A DNA stretch of 64,000 nt from Yuukianura sp. NJ FZ-2021. Taxonomy: Eukaryota. The number at the start of each line of letters is the position of its first letter. Within the stretch, counting starts at the first letter, position 1. Positions 12,239-26,600 of the stretch are shown piece after piece. Position numbers and translations under genes: made by a program. The notes below the pieces were generated by a model. It was not told where the DNA came from, did no database searches, and worked only from the letters and a program-made list of their open reading frames with translations. Location of the stretch: positions 4,774,001 to 4,838,000 of the forward strand of contig CM102288.1 in the NCBI GenBank assembly GCA_046563655.1, read 5' to 3'.

Positions 12239-12862
12239 GATTGGTTTTCTTGTCACATTTCGGAAAAAAAGCAATAACTTGAGAAAAAACGAAGGCGGTT
12301 GTTTGAATTGATATTGAAGTTTGACAAAAACAAAAAATGGTAAACAATTCCTATGACTTTTTTTTCACTGTTCGCTGAACTTCTCCAAAGAAATTGCGGT
12401 TTTGATTTTTTTTTGTTTCGTAATATAAGACAAGATGAGTATCCTTTGGCTCGTGTGTATTCCAGAAGGCGTGGAATTCCATTTCAGAAATAAGGGAGGA
12501 ATTTTTTATTTGGTTACGTTTTGGAAAGAGACGTGGTGGAATTGTTTCTGTGTCCATCAAAAGACTCTTGTTCGGTCAAGTGAAAGTTCAATCCAGGAAA
12601 AATTCCAAAGGAATTTTACTTTCTGGACACTTTTAGTGATTTGTTTTCTCGAATTGTACGGTGAACCACACCCACTGACATTTCCGGATGCCTGTTCCTT
12701 GTCTTACGTTATGTTAAGTTAAAAAAACCTTACTTTCCTTGTGTTCTTGTTAAGTTAGGTTAAAAACATAACTTTCTATGTATTTTTTTAAGTTCAAAAC
12801 GTAACCTTCATGTGCATAGGATAATAGGATGCCTAATGAGCGCCCACAACTGATCTCTGCTC

Positions 12863-13614
12863 ATAAATTCCACAAGACAAAGCTGCAATCCCACATCGTT
12901 CGTCCATTTAATGAGCTCAGTCATCTAAACTTACTAAAAACTTTCTCTTATTTCAAGTACAAAATGTCCCAAAAGTTTCACTTTATTTTTCTAAAAGTCT
13001 AACTACAGAAACTCATACCCAAAAAAGAGAAAGTGAAGAGAAAATTGAAAGCAAAGATTGGGGCACCACCGTTGTCAAAGGAAGTATCGTTCATCCGCTC
13101 TTTATCAGCTTAAGTGCATGTGTAGGAGATTGATAATTGACGCCATCGGACGAGCAGATGGACAAGGTCGATACATAAAGTAGCTTAAAATTAGACATAA
13201 TCATCTCAATTCAATCTGAACTTTACGCATGACATCATCCTTTCAGGAATTGCAATTCCTAAATCTAAATCTAAATCTAAAACCATTGCCGCTTTCTCTA
13301 ATAATAATGTTCTCACCTGCATGCATGCACAGGCAACGTATCACTGCAATTCAATCAATCAATCTCGTGTTTAGATTTAGGTAGATTAGGCTGCAAACAT
13401 AAACTTTCTTCTTCATGGTTTGGTGCTCTACTGATGTCTTCATAAATTCCACAAGAAATACAGCCACCATCTACTTTACCATGCTGCAACGCTTCGTCTA
13501 AACTAACCAACTTCATCTTACTTCAAGTACACCATGTCCCAAAAGTTTCACTTTTTCAAAAAAATACAAAGTGAGGGAATTAAAACGCTAGAAAGAGAAA
13601 GCAAAGAGAAAATT
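12863..13614 (+). repeat. Pair of diverged ~180-bp direct repeats (12863-13045 and 13441-13614)
   Basis: Shared blocks cataaattccacaaga, ttcaagtaca..atgtcccaaaagtttcacttt and aaagagaaag..aagagaaaatt occur in the same order in both copies. Confidence 0.7.
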
Positions 13615-15080
13615 TCATTTGACTCTGTAGACTTTCCCTCCAGTCAGTTCAATTTCCTGAAGAGATTAGTTTGCCTAGAGGCTTCTGGTAGGTTGTAAAG
13701 TCTTGAACGAAATCCACTAAAAGAGACAAGAATGTGTGTCACTTTTGGCTTTTACTGCCCCGTGACCTCTGACCTCCTTTTCACTTTGACCTCCGAACCT
13801 CCATTTCAATTTTTTCTTCCATTTCAAATTCCTTTCTGTCGGAAACTGCCGCAGATTGAACATTTTTCAAATTCAAATCAGTGGAATGTCTCCGTGGAAA
13901 TTGCGGATGGAAGTCTCCCAAATTCAGAATCCAATAAAGTCCTCTTTTTTGAATCCACTGAAGTTCCTGTTTATTTGGGCGGAAGGAAAGTGGGTTCCCA
14001 CCCACCTACAACAACGGATCCCACCCGGTGGGTCCACTTTTCCATGGTGACACCCCCAGCAACAAAAAACACAACTTGATTAGATTTTTCATTCTAAAGT
14101 GGGTCGATTCCTCATCAAAGCTATTCCTCCCACGACCGCCAAACTCATTTCCACTTTTACTTTAAATCTCTTCAACTTCTTTTTATTTCCGACTAAATCT
14201 ACATTGTATGACATTGCTTTAGAAATTAAAATTAACAATTAATTTGCGTAATCTAATTAACGATTAGAAAACATAAAGAAAAGACTTTCCTCTTGACACT
14301 TCTGCGAAACTCGTCTGCTTAAAGAACTCTGAAAGTTCTGAGACTGTTGACACTAATAACTTTAGTGTATTAACCACTTTAGACTAACAATTAACAACAA
14401 AAGCATAACTCAGTCTAAGCGGTTTTACATAAGAGGGCACGTGCCGTTTTACTTTGCAAAAACTTTAAAAACTTACACAAAGCCAAACTCCAAAAGAATT
14501 GAACTAAAAGTTACAAAACTTTGAAATTCTTACGTCATCAAAATTAGGTTATAGTTTAATATGTATTATTAATTATATAATATAGAACTATAAACTATAA
14601 ATATGTTTATACTTCTTTTGACTATGTATAAAAAATCTTGTCTTTGTAGAATTTCTTTTTGTAGTTTCAAAAATTATTTTACTTTGCCAGCGTGGGATTT
14701 CGTAAGATTTATTTTATAAGCAACTTCAAAGAAACGATTTCTCATAAAAACAAAATTGAAACTTTTTTGTTTGTTTTTTTGAAAAAGCATCTGGTCTGAC
14801 TGTATACTTTGAAAATTTGTGAGTTTTTTAAAAAATAAGGTTAGGCCTTTGTCATTTTGACATCGTCATTTAAGTTTCATGCATTTGACACTTTCACTCC
14901 CACTCTCGCCACGACCCGTCTGCTCTCCAAAGATTATCAAAGTCTGTGCTTTAAATTTTCCAAATTGCTCCATCATCTGCTTTGTTCCAAAATAAAGTAC
15001 CTAAGAGTCTGTTGTTTTAAAAAAAGTTTTTTAGAAAAATGAAAATTTTGATAAAATTTTCAAGGAAAAAGTTTGAAAGT

Positions 15081-17392
15081 CTACAGCATGCTTTCACTTC
15101 TGTGTCCCGGTACGTAGGAGCAAATGATTTTCTTCGTCAACGCTCTCGGATTGAGTACTTTTGACCCGTCTGCAGCCGGCCTCCTCTTGTGACACTTCCC
15201 CTGACCATGACCTTGACCTTTGCTGTGACCTTGACCTTTGCTGTGACCTTGACCCCTGACCTGCGGTAACAGTGGGGCATGACTTTTTCTCATTCCGTTC
15301 TTCCTCGTCAGTGCCGTAGATGGCTTTGCACTTCCGTTGAGGAGCAAATCGGGCGACGTAGATGGCGACGGTGAGTTGTTGGTGACTTGCGCAGTTGATG
15401 CGTGGATGGTTGCATTGACATTGTTGTTGGTCAGCGACAAAGTGTGAGAAGTTGTGGTCGTAAGTGTGAGGAAAGTTCCGTTTCTGTGAAATATGAACTG
15501 CTTTCTCCTGCGTCCACAGAGTCTGAGAAACCCATTTCTGAACTTGGAGGACATGATGTTGTATAGAATAGGGTTGAGGGCTGAGTTGACATAGGCCATG
15601 ATACGGGCAAAGTAGAGGATGGTGTAGTAGGCTTCCGTGTGTGCCTGCAGAATAGATCCAATGTCAGTCACAAGTACTGCGAGTGTCAATATGCGGAAGG
15701 GAAGTAGACATAAGAAGAAGGTGAAGACGACCGTGCCCAGCATCAGCACAACTTGTCTCCGTCCACGGTTGTTTTCGTTCTTGGCATTGAGAGCTGACCT
15801 GTCCTGGGTCAATCTCTGGGCAATAATGCCATAAGTGACCACCAGAATCAGCAGAGGGATGAGGAAGAAGATGACGATGGAGAAAAGAGTGTAGAAATCT
15901 GGCCAAAACGAACCAGCACCTACGATACACTTGGGCTCCAGAGCACCGCTGTTTGGATTCCGAAACTCGTAGTAGTGCGTCATGAAGAACACGGGACTGA
16001 AAATAAAAAAAATCATCAAAATTTCAATTTTTGAAAAAATTAATTTTGAGTTGTTTTTGAAAATTTGAGAAAAAGTGGTGAAAGTAGGGAAAGTTCAGTT
16101 TCTTGGGAGAAGATTAAACAATATTGACATCCGCAATGCTTTCACTCCTCACAGCATGGTGGGAACCAATCAATTTCCAGAGCTTCTTTGTTCTCACTTC
16201 AGGTTTAAGTTAAGTTGTTTAAAAAACTGCTGTTTTGGAACTTTTTTAAAGTGTGTTTTGGACATGTTGATGTTTACCTTGTAATGATGCACGCCAGGAT
16301 CCAGACAATGACACAAATGTAGACTGCTCTGGCCTTTGTACAGACGTAATTGGCTTGCAATGGGGAGCAAATGGCGTAGTAACGCTCAAAGCTAATGGCG
16401 AGGATCGTGAGCACCGAAGCGTGACACACCGTCAACTCCAACACAGGAACCAAGTAACCTGCAAGGTTAAAGGTCAAAGGTCAGTTTCAGTTACAACTAG
16501 GCCAACATGGTACCGTTCACCTTAATCAAGGTCAAAGGTCAATCTAAGCTCTCCAATTCAAGAAAACGACCTATTTTCAACAGGTATGGCATAGGGTTTC
16601 GGTTTTTCATAAGAAAGTTGAACGACGTCAAGATTTGCAATTTTCAACTGACAACTGAAACTGGAATTTTACATTTCAAAAGAAAATGAAAAACCAGAAA
16701 TAAGTTAGTAAAACGTAGTTTTTCAAAACTTTTTTTTTCTGAAATTGTAACGTAAACTGCATTTTAATAGAAATCTAACAAAGTTACATAATCTCTTTCA
16801 GCAAAAAGTAAATCAAATTGCACCAGAAATGGAAGAATTCGGAGAAAGTTAGGAAAAATGTAAATTATATTTGAAAAGAGTAGCTTAAAGCCCTTAAAAA
16901 GCTGGAACGTGTGAAGCACTTGAACTTCAGGACGTGACCTTCAGGCGATTTGAGAGTTATGGGACACTTAAGGGCACCCGACGCCTTCTGCGCTCTTCCA
17001 AATTTTTGTTGGTGATTAAACTTACAGAGTGTTGGTCCTAGCATCCATATTTCCGGGTGATAAATGACTTCGAGCAGAGCCGTTGGTGTGACGAGCACAA
17101 GAACGAGGAGGTCAGCCACGCTGAGGTTGACCAGAAAAAAGTTGGTTGAAGTGCGCATGTCTCTGGAGCAACTGATGACCAGAGCTATCATGGTGTTCCC
17201 CACTGTGCCCACTGCCAGTATCGTCACAATGAAGATACACACTGTGATTCGGATGTACATCGGCAGGTCTTCTGGATACGGCTCCACAATGCCAGTTCCG
17301 TTGTGCAAAACGTAGAGACCGAGGTTGGCGTCAATGTGAATCTCAAGGTCGTCTGCCCGACTGGAACCGAGTTCAGAAATGGTCGAATTCAT
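15081..17392 (-). CDS. ETHR: Ecdysis-triggering hormone receptor-like class A GPCR
   Basis: Exons 17392-17026, 16458-16278, 15996-15081. Seven TM segments with GN, DMRTSTNFFLVNLSVADLLVL, ELTVCHASVLTILAISFERYYAIC.PLQANYVCTKARA, RQVVLMLGTVV..FFLCLLPFR, NSALNPILYNIMSSKFR, typical of arthropod ETH receptors. Confidence 0.85.
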
Positions 17393-18420
17393 TTTCTGCG
17401 ATTTCAAATTCTGAAAAAATATCAAAAAAGGACTCAAATTCTCCAATTCCGAGAATCTCACGACTGAACTGAACTGAAATCTCTTGACTTTCTGAATTCT
17501 CTGAAACACGTGAAAAGAATATTTTTGAATAAACTTTCTCTTTTCTCTCTCGTTGGTTTACAAAGTAAAATGGGGATTGTGCAACAGGTTTCGTTGAAAA
17601 TCTGGCAGATCAAATGATTATAATTTCAATTGAATCTCATTTGAACCTCACAACTCGTGCCGTCTAGAACAAACAGAAGTTAGTTCCATTATTTTTAGGA
17701 AAGAACTTTCTGAGAACACTGTTCAGATCCACGTTTCTTCCAAGAATCGTGCCTTTTACACTGTAGAAAATCAGCAAATTGTCATTCCTCAATGCCCAAA
17801 AATGGGCTAAAACTTTCTCCAACTTTCTCCATTGTCACATCCTCTTCCTCCACTTCCCTCATTGTTCAACGTCACCCAGTCCATAACAAATTATAAACTT
17901 CAAAATTAGTTCCGAAAAAGTTTAATTTTCAATTTCAAAATTTGAAAGTTCCTGTCTGATCAGAACGGAGGACCTTATGATGAAAAGGAGCTCAGGAACT
18001 GATCAGAATTGTTCGTCTTGTCTTTTAATCCCTCATGCATGAGTTCCCACTCACTTTCTCCCAGGGGAAGAGTGAGTCTGTAAAGTCTGTGGATTAGTTA
18101 AGGATCCGTCGAAGGATGAAGAGTGAAAGTAGTATGTGGATTCATTGATTCCGTTGAGGTAGGTCTATTGAGTTGGAAAATTGAATATGCTGTTGTAGGA
18201 GGAGGCTTAAGGACAATTTGGGTAGAGAACATCATCTCGTCTGCTTTCTTATTCCTTGGAAAACCTTATTCTCATTTAACTTTAGCAGTTCATTCAATTC
18301 CACTTTCTATTTACAGAAAGAGATTCCACATATGACTTTTCCTTGAAGAAAAAACTTAATCAGAAATGATGCCAGAGATCAAAAGATACCAAATGTGGAA
18401 CTCTTTTGAAAACACACATT

Positions 18421-18727
18421 GGGGATAGCCGACATTCTAAAACTCGACAATCCAATAGCCGACAATTTCAAAAGCCGCCAATCCTTAAACCGACAATTTC
18501 AACAGCCGACAATTCTTAAAGCTTACAAAACTAAAAACTGGTTAAAATTTAATCAGGTTAGGCTATTTAGATTGTGTTATGCTTGATTAACCTATGCTCT
18601 GTTGGGTTATGTCACATTAATGAAAATCACGTTTATGTAAACTATGTTTGATTAACTTAGATTATAATCAGTTTCTAATTTGTCGCCTTTAGACGTTGTC
18701 GGCTTTTGGATTGTCGGCTATGACCTG
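18421..18727. mobile_element. Non-autonomous element with inverted subterminal arrays of AGCCGACAAT
   Basis: About six copies of (a)gccgacaat-like units at 18427-18515, and reverse-complement copies ttgtcggct at 18680-18720. Confidence 0.6.
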
Positions 18728-21700
18728 GAACTGCTGACTTCAATTGATACTTTGTGGACATGATATGACCACTAATTTCTGAAAAATGTTGTTTTGACAT
18801 GTTGTGGACATTGTACAAGATGACACTGGCGAATGAATTGGGGAAAGCAGGGGTTTTGGGCGTGTGCTTTTCGGAAGATCTAATCCTTCTAAGTCCCTTG
18901 ATTTACCTCCGGCCTGCTAATTTATTTACCGTAAGATGTGTTTTACCAAGAAAACAAAGGACAGTTTCATACGATACAGAAAGGAACAACTACGAACGGA
19001 GTTCTTGGAATCACAGGTCAAAGGTCACCGCGGTCACTTGGGGTTTGGTTAATATTTAACCGCAAAAGTTCTCTAAACAAAAAGAAATACTTTTCCAAAA
19101 CGTAAACTTTCCAAAAAATCGTATTTTGTTTGAAGAACATCGCGTAACACCAAACTGAGGAATCTTCTTCCAACTTATTTTGAATCATGAAAAAACGGAA
19201 GAAAATGGGAAAGTTTTTTTGTGTGGCGTTGGCGTTTGGATTTATGACTTTTTTCGGTGAAAGTTTCAGTCGTTTGGTTTTGTGGTTTTGTTCCAAATCT
19301 GCATACTGAGAATCAGGAGTGGAGTGACCCATAGGCACGAGTGACCGCTGGCAAGTCGACAACCTCCAGGTCAGATTGACCACAACACAAAATCACACGA
19401 CGAAGGTGGCTTTGACAAACAACTTTCTCCGTCTTTTTTTACTTCCCTTCACATTTGACGTCCTTTGAGCTTTTCTTTTTTTTTGAGTTTCCGACAACAA
19501 AATGGAAAAGAGAAAAAGTCGTCAATATGAATGTGAGCGAATATGAGATTTTTTGAAGCCCCGAAGTGATTTGTGGTGGAAACAAAGAGCAGACTGACGC
19601 TATTTGACTTAACACAAGAACCTAACCAGAGTTTTCCTCAAAACCTAATCTATAGCTTTACCAAACCTAAACCCAACCTGCCATCGTCAACTTCTCTTCA
19701 AAAGTCGTATGCTCTCCCTGATCCTGACAGGATCCACTTCAACTTTCACCGTCAATAGTCCAATATGATGACGCTCATGAAAAATTCCAGCTCCTGGATG
19801 AGTCTTCAGCTACTCAACTTTCTAAATGGCCTCACTAACCTAAATAACCTCAAACACAAATTCTCCTTAACCTAACACTAACCTAAATTCTTAGCCGCAT
19901 GCTAACTACTCTTTTTCTTTTCACCAAGTCATTGTCATTTGATGACATCCGGAAGCCGTTGGTGGGAGAAAGCTTCCAGGAGAAAAGTGTCATTTCGTGC
20001 CTAAATCGTGGCGTCATTTAGTTCTATCACTTCTTAGCCTAAAGTTAGGTTGGTTAGGTTAGGATTAGGCTATGGTTATGTTTGTTTAGGCTAAAATCGG
20101 CTGTGTTAGGCTATTTAGGCATGAACAAAGTAATTGTGATGCTTACCTGGAGAAAGCAAGGGTTGATGATTACAACAAAGTGTAGAGTGGAGATTCGACT
20201 TTCACAGAAGAGAAAAGACTTACTACTAATTCTTTTTGTTAAAGTTACAACCTGCTACACTTTCCATGTTCTAATTCCTTGGAATTCAAATTTTGAATGA
20301 GGGAAGTTCAAAGTGAAAAGTTGAAATAAGCCGTGGAGTGCGAATCCTTTGTCCCCTGTAAAAATTTCTTTTGATCTTCTTTCTTCTTCCCTCCACTTCG
20401 TTCTAAAAAGCCAACTTCCGATGACTTTCCTTCAACACTTCTGAATGGAAGGCTCAATTAAATTCGACTCCTGAGTCTGATTCCTTTAGGTCAGGTTGTT
20501 AGCCTAAGCTTTGACAGAGCTTAGAAAAACGAGAACTTTCTGTAAAGAACTTTCGTCGACGTGTGAGCGAGAGCTGAGCTTCTGTGGAGTCTTTATCTGT
20601 ACTTTCTCCCTGAACAAAAGAACAAAGGGGATGAAAAGACATGGAGAAAAGGGCGCAAGGCTGTGTCTTCCCACAGAAAGTCCTACCACAACCAAGCCTA
20701 ACCTTGCCTAACTACTCAAACCTAACATGAATCTAACAAGTTCCATCAAATATTACCACCTAACCTGAATTTAACAAAAAGTCCATCACACAATCTAAGC
20801 TTACCTTAACTTAACAAAAAGTCCATCAAACTACCAGACTTTCCATCAAACGGGCTAAAGGAATATTTGAAGAAGCATGTAAAAGACAACTACTTACGAT
20901 TAGTGTTTGTCAAATTTCAGTAGCAAATTGGAGCTGTCCACTTCCATTAACGTAAACTGTCACGACGTCATTCCGTCAATACGTTTAGGTTTGGACAATT
21001 TTAGCCTAACCTAATTATTAACCTGAAAGTAGAGTTCCAGAAAGTTTGATGTGAAAAACATACTAAAGATGATGAAATTAGTTATTACATAAATCTAACC
21101 TAACATCACTAGATGATGAGCACCAATAAGATCAAATAATTTTGAGTAATACTAGGAATTCATTATTTACGAGGATCCCCAAATTGACACAAAAGAAGCT
21201 TTTTACAAAGGAGATGTTCATAATCTACTGTTTAGATTAGAAGCCCTTTTACGGTACCTATATCAATATCATTAACTAATTAAATTAAACTACTAATTAA
21301 ACTTTGTTCTCAAAACGTAAAAACATGCTGATGACAGTTGTTTTTCGTACATCCGAATTCCTACTTTGCTTGTTTCTCATTTGTAGTACGCCGGAAGGCA
21401 AACAAAACAGATTGACGCAACCACTTTCTATCCATTACATTGTGTGGAGAAAGTCGTTTTGCCGTTACTTGTTGTGTATAGTCGTTTTATAATAGTGTTA
21501 ATATAGCTTCTAATGGTTAACGGTAGCACTTTCAGTGTAGTATTTTTTTTTACTTTTAGTTTTGCTTTTGTACATCTTCTTTCATCAGTCTAAATTCCAT
21601 CTCTTTTTAAACTACGCATTTTCACCCGAGATACGACGCAGTTCTCCAGTGAAAGCTAAGCGTCACCTCCATTGTCCTCGCGTGAAAAATGAAAAGTACA

Positions 21701-22877
21701 ATGGGTGCTACTTGATTATGCTAACTCTCTTTTCAAACTTTTTCAATTTCCACATTACATCATACAAAGGCTTTTAGTCTCTTGTCACAAGACCACAAAT
21801 TGCAACGGAATAGAATTCTGAGCAGAGAAAGTGAACAATTGCTACAGGAGCTTAGCTTAGCCTAGGACTAAACCTTCACAAACAACTTTGGAATTAGCGA
21901 CACAACGCTCTCAAAGGAACCAAAACCCAAAGTACATAAACCACTTTAGCATTGTAACTACGCAACTCATAAAATCTATTTAAACTTAATCCCCACTTGA
22001 CAAAAATGCTAAAACGAAATTGCACACAAATTCAAATTTCTGCTACACTTATTTCTCGTGTACAAAAAAGGAGAATTTTTCCCTTGACATTTTGCTTTAA
22101 GCCTATAGGTTAAAAGTCTCCTTTAATTTCGAACTGGCACTGCACTGGCATTTTGAATTTGAAATTTTACTAAACGTTTGATTTTTATCTGAAATCATAC
22201 TTCGTAAAACAGAACAATGTTTTTTTTTCCATATTCACATATGTATTATAAACATATGTGATGTTTGGAACTTGTTATTTTGGGTTAGAATTTTCGAAGT
22301 GAAAGTAATAATTTATACGATGAGTCGATGAGTGTGTTCTTAAATGTGTTTGGTTTGAACCTTGGAAGTTAAGTGTTGACTATAGGGAGTTATTGGAGAA
22401 AGTTGTTTTCTCCATGGGCTTGTTGTGTAGTGCCATGATTTATAAATAAAGGTAGTAATTGACACGAGGTTTTAATTAATGTTGCTTAAGATTCATTACA
22501 TTAGAGTCAAAATAGCACTCCTCCCACTACACAAGGACGAACAACAGTGTTAATTGCACCACAGAAAACAGTGGACTAATCAACCAGGGACGCATAAATA
22601 ATCAACCTACTCACCCCACTTCATTCTTTAGTTTAACAAAATACAACACCTCCAAGAACTACTAAAAAACAGCATAATGTTCACATCAAATTCCAAACTT
22701 TCCACAGACTTTCACTTTTTTGAATTCAAAACACTGTCTAATGAATATTTACTGCCCTATTTTCTCTTGTTTTTGTCTACACTAATGATGGATCTCACTT
22801 CAGATTCACGTGAGCCAACGCTGACTTTGACTGCAATTGTAAGATACTACACAACTTTGTTTTTCATTTGATCTTTT

Positions 22878-23070
22878 TAGTAGCGAAAGCTACTTTATGT
22901 GTCGACCTTGTCTGTCGGTCTGTCTGGCAGTCTGACTTTTAGCCTACAAACAGCTTTTTCTTGTGTCACGCAAGATAACCTCCTTCCGGGTCAAAGGTCA
23001 ACTTTTTTTTCTTCTAATTTTACAATTCGTTCGCACAGTGCACTGTAGCCCACCCGTTGCTTTCGCTACT
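22878..23070 (+). mobile_element. DINE-1/Helentron-like non-autonomous element (family B, copy 1)
   Basis: T-run then tagtagcgaaagctact (short hairpin), gtctgtc microsatellite, gggtcaaaggtcaac core, and a 3' subterminal inverted repeat ttcgctact followed by t. Confidence 0.7.
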
Positions 23071-23670
23071 TATTTGAATTTCGGATTACAACCGATTTTT
23101 AATACTCACTTTCTCTACGTTTAAATTTTGGTTTTAATGAAAGTAAAAACTTTTTGGCGGTAAATAATTCCTTTCTTACGTCAGTTTTAAACCCAAAGGA
23201 CTTGTGGAATGGGGATGCTAACAATTGAATTGGAGTTTAAGAAAGAAGTTGGAAATTCATTAGAGCCGGTTGGAGTGTGGAGTCTAAAACTGTACTATGG
23301 TTTGGTTGAGTGATAATGACTATAGCACTGGCGGCAGTTTGTGAAGCAGTCTCCAGTTTCAGGATTCTAGAGCAGGAGAAAGTTGGATGACAGACAGCAG
23401 ATTCGCATCTAATTAACATGGAGAACACCATCCACTCCATTGTTCCTTACGACTTTTACTCTTCAAAACAATTTAATTCCATCCGCCCACTTTCTCCTTT
23501 TACAAAAATACAAATGAAAACAAGTCAAAAGACGAAAAGAAATAAGAGATCTGCTGATGATAGGGACAGTGTCAATGGAAGTTTTAGAGAAAGTATAAAT
23601 ATCCAGTTAATTGATTTCTACTTAACCTAGAAGTTGATTAACTATGTTGAGATGAAGATTAGCTTAAATT

Positions 23671-26600
23671 TTAAAACTTCATGTTCCTGTTGTGTTTCCT
23701 TATGGTTCCTACAATAGCCACGGAGATGAGGATGGTCGTGGCTGTGAGGGAGACGGCTGAAATGAGGCCCAGGAGAGAAAAGCAGTCCTTGGGAACTGGA
23801 CATCCAGAACCTATCGAAACAAACAACTTTCTCCATTACTTATAGTCCAGAAGCTACAACTTCAAGTACTAAATTTTAAGCCAAAAATAGTCGCCAGAAC
23901 ACTCAAAAAAGTTCAAAATTTCAGTTTTTGAGTTTCCAGTTGACTGAACCTTGAAGTATGAAATACAAATTAAGGTCGTCACTTTAATTGTAAAATATTA
24001 CCGAGGGTGGATCCGTAGACCGTGGCTGGTGGAGCAGACGAAGCGGCAGCAAAACTTCCAAAAGAAAATTCCGGGAAATCGTCTGGCCCCACCACATGAA
24101 CCACCCGACGGAGCTGGAGCGACTCTTCTGGCCCACTTGGTTGCCCCGCCATCCCATCAGTCATTCGATCCACCGCAGGGGCGGGGCTTCTCCTTGGTCG
24201 CTTCCGGTGCACCGGTTTCGAAGAAGCTTTGATGTCAATTCGCTGTGATGCTGCTGGAACTACAATTGCTTCGGTGATAATTGGCGCTGGACTAGTAGTT
24301 GGCTCAGTTACGTTGACTCTGACCTCTGGCAGCACCGTCGTTTCATCTACGGCATCTTCATCGTCATGCGCAGGAACAAGCAGCTTTAAAAAAAATTCAA
24401 AATGAGAAAAACTAAAAACTTAAAATTTCATTCTAGTCACAACTTGGAACTTCAGTAAAATTGAACTCATATTTCAGGAAATCGGGATTAAAGTCCAAAG
24501 TAAAAGTTCGTAAAATCGAAAACTTCTTTTTTGTTTCCAATTTCAAAAAACAAAGTTTGTTTGTTCAAGGTAATGTTTGAGTTGCATTTTGAATAGGAAG
24601 TGGATGTTAGTTCTAAAAAACAAGAGCAGGAGGTTTATTACTTTCATTTCAAAGGAAGGAAACAAGAGTCAAATCACTCGGAACGTGAAAGTAGAAAACA
24701 AGAAATTCGAAAAGAGAAAACTTTTAGTTCGAATTTGGAACAAGATTAAGGAAAAGGAAAAGCAAACGTAGGAAAAGGTTGTGGTTGTAGTCTATTAAGC
24801 TCCGAAAAAGCACCATTTCCACGTGCATCGTGTTCTGTTTTAACGAGGAACGTAAAGTCCCTTTGAACTTTCCATTAATGTCTCCCTACGAACATCCACT
24901 TATTGTTTTTCAGTCTACCAACTTCAAAAAGTCTTCAAAGGAAATACACTTTTTGAAACAACAACAGAAAAAAGAAGAAAAAATGAAAGTTTGAAATTTG
25001 AAAAAACAGAAAACTGACTTCAAGGAATTCGCCTGCTGGGCATTGGTCACAGACGCCTTTGCAGAGTGACACGGTGCACTCGAGGAAGAGATCCATCACA
25101 TCAGGAAACTTGAAGGCCTGTGGGATTAGATACAGAGATTGAATCTTTTTATGAGTTGGTCACGCAACGGAGGTCACAAGGTCACACATTCAAGCGTCAC
25201 AATGCCACTTACGCTTAATCTGGCAAAAGACATGACTCCGCCAGCGCCCTTCTCTTTGGTCCATCCGCCCATCAACTTCGGTTTCAAAGCACAACCACGG
25301 CTGAAAGAAAAGAGGAAACAAGAAAAATCTCACACAAAAAAAGAGAAAGTAAAAAAAACTCTGAAAAGAAAAGAGAAAACAGAAAATCTCAGGAGAAAGC
25401 ACAAAATAGTCTCAGTTTCTTTTTCTGGAAGGTGTTAAGTGATTGACAGAAACCGCAGATCTCACGCCTTTTCACCCGGTGAAAGCAAAACGCACACGCT
25501 TTCCGTCAGGTCATGATTAAAGTGTTAGGCTAGGTTAGGTTTTTAGGTTAGATTTTTTTCGGATTAGGTTGATTAGGTTAAGACAAGTTGATTAGGCTAG
25601 TTTTGGACTCACGCGTCACTGAGAAGGATCCTGTTGGCAGACGTCCCATCAGTAGCCACGCAGTTTCTCACGAGGATGTCGAATTCCGCATCTCCCTGGA
25701 CAGTGACGACTGCTGTAAGCATGTCTCCAATTCGAACGAGACCTTGAACAGGCGTGGCTCTCGGTCCATCTCCAGCCTAGAAAGTACAAAAGAGAGTCAA
25801 CAACTGCCTGCCCATGTCAACAATGTCCTTAGCCATCGGGATCATGTTTCTAATGGAATCGAATCCAACAAACGCCCTCTGCGTCATTCCCCAATTCACG
25901 TAAATCCCACTTCTAAGTACAGATACTTAAGCCCACTTTGTGCATGACCACAGGTCACTCAACCCAATGCACAAACAACCTGAATCTAAACTAACAACGT
26001 AAGCCCAACCTGACATTCCTGTCGCCTAGCAGGGCCAGCTTGAATTCCAAATTTTTCTAAAATATTCAAAGAAATCACAAAACTCATACCTTCAAAGGAA
26101 CGTCAACTTTGTACTTTTTCTACTTTTTCAAAAAAGCTTATCGAAAAATTTTTTTGAGAAAAAGATTATTTCCACGGAAGATGCTAGAAGATCTGATTGT
26201 CAATTTCTAATCTTCCGTACTCATTCACCTTTGACATCATAGGAACTCTTGGTCGGATTTTATGCAAGATACAATCATCTCTTTGTCAGATTAGGAAGAA
26301 GGAGAGGTTGCGGAATTAAAATGAGGTCAAAGCTGCTTTCTCCTTCAAAAAACCCAAGTCTATCTCTATGTTCCTAATCCCCATGCCAGGTTAATCTAAC
26401 CTACAATGAGCCTGTCACTACCCAGCTCCAGACATGGAAAGACGAGTGATCATTTGATTTCAATCTCTACTTTCACCTGCTTTCACTTTCTCTAGTTCAA
26501 GCCACGACCCTGCACTAATGAAAACTCAAAGGAAGGCGCAACAGAGAGTTCATGCTCCTCACAAAGATTTTTTTAGTGTTCTCAAGAAAATCTAAAACAC

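Noticed and set aside
25588..25947. Plus-strand 119-aa ORF
   Set aside because: Antisense shadow of ZP exon 5.
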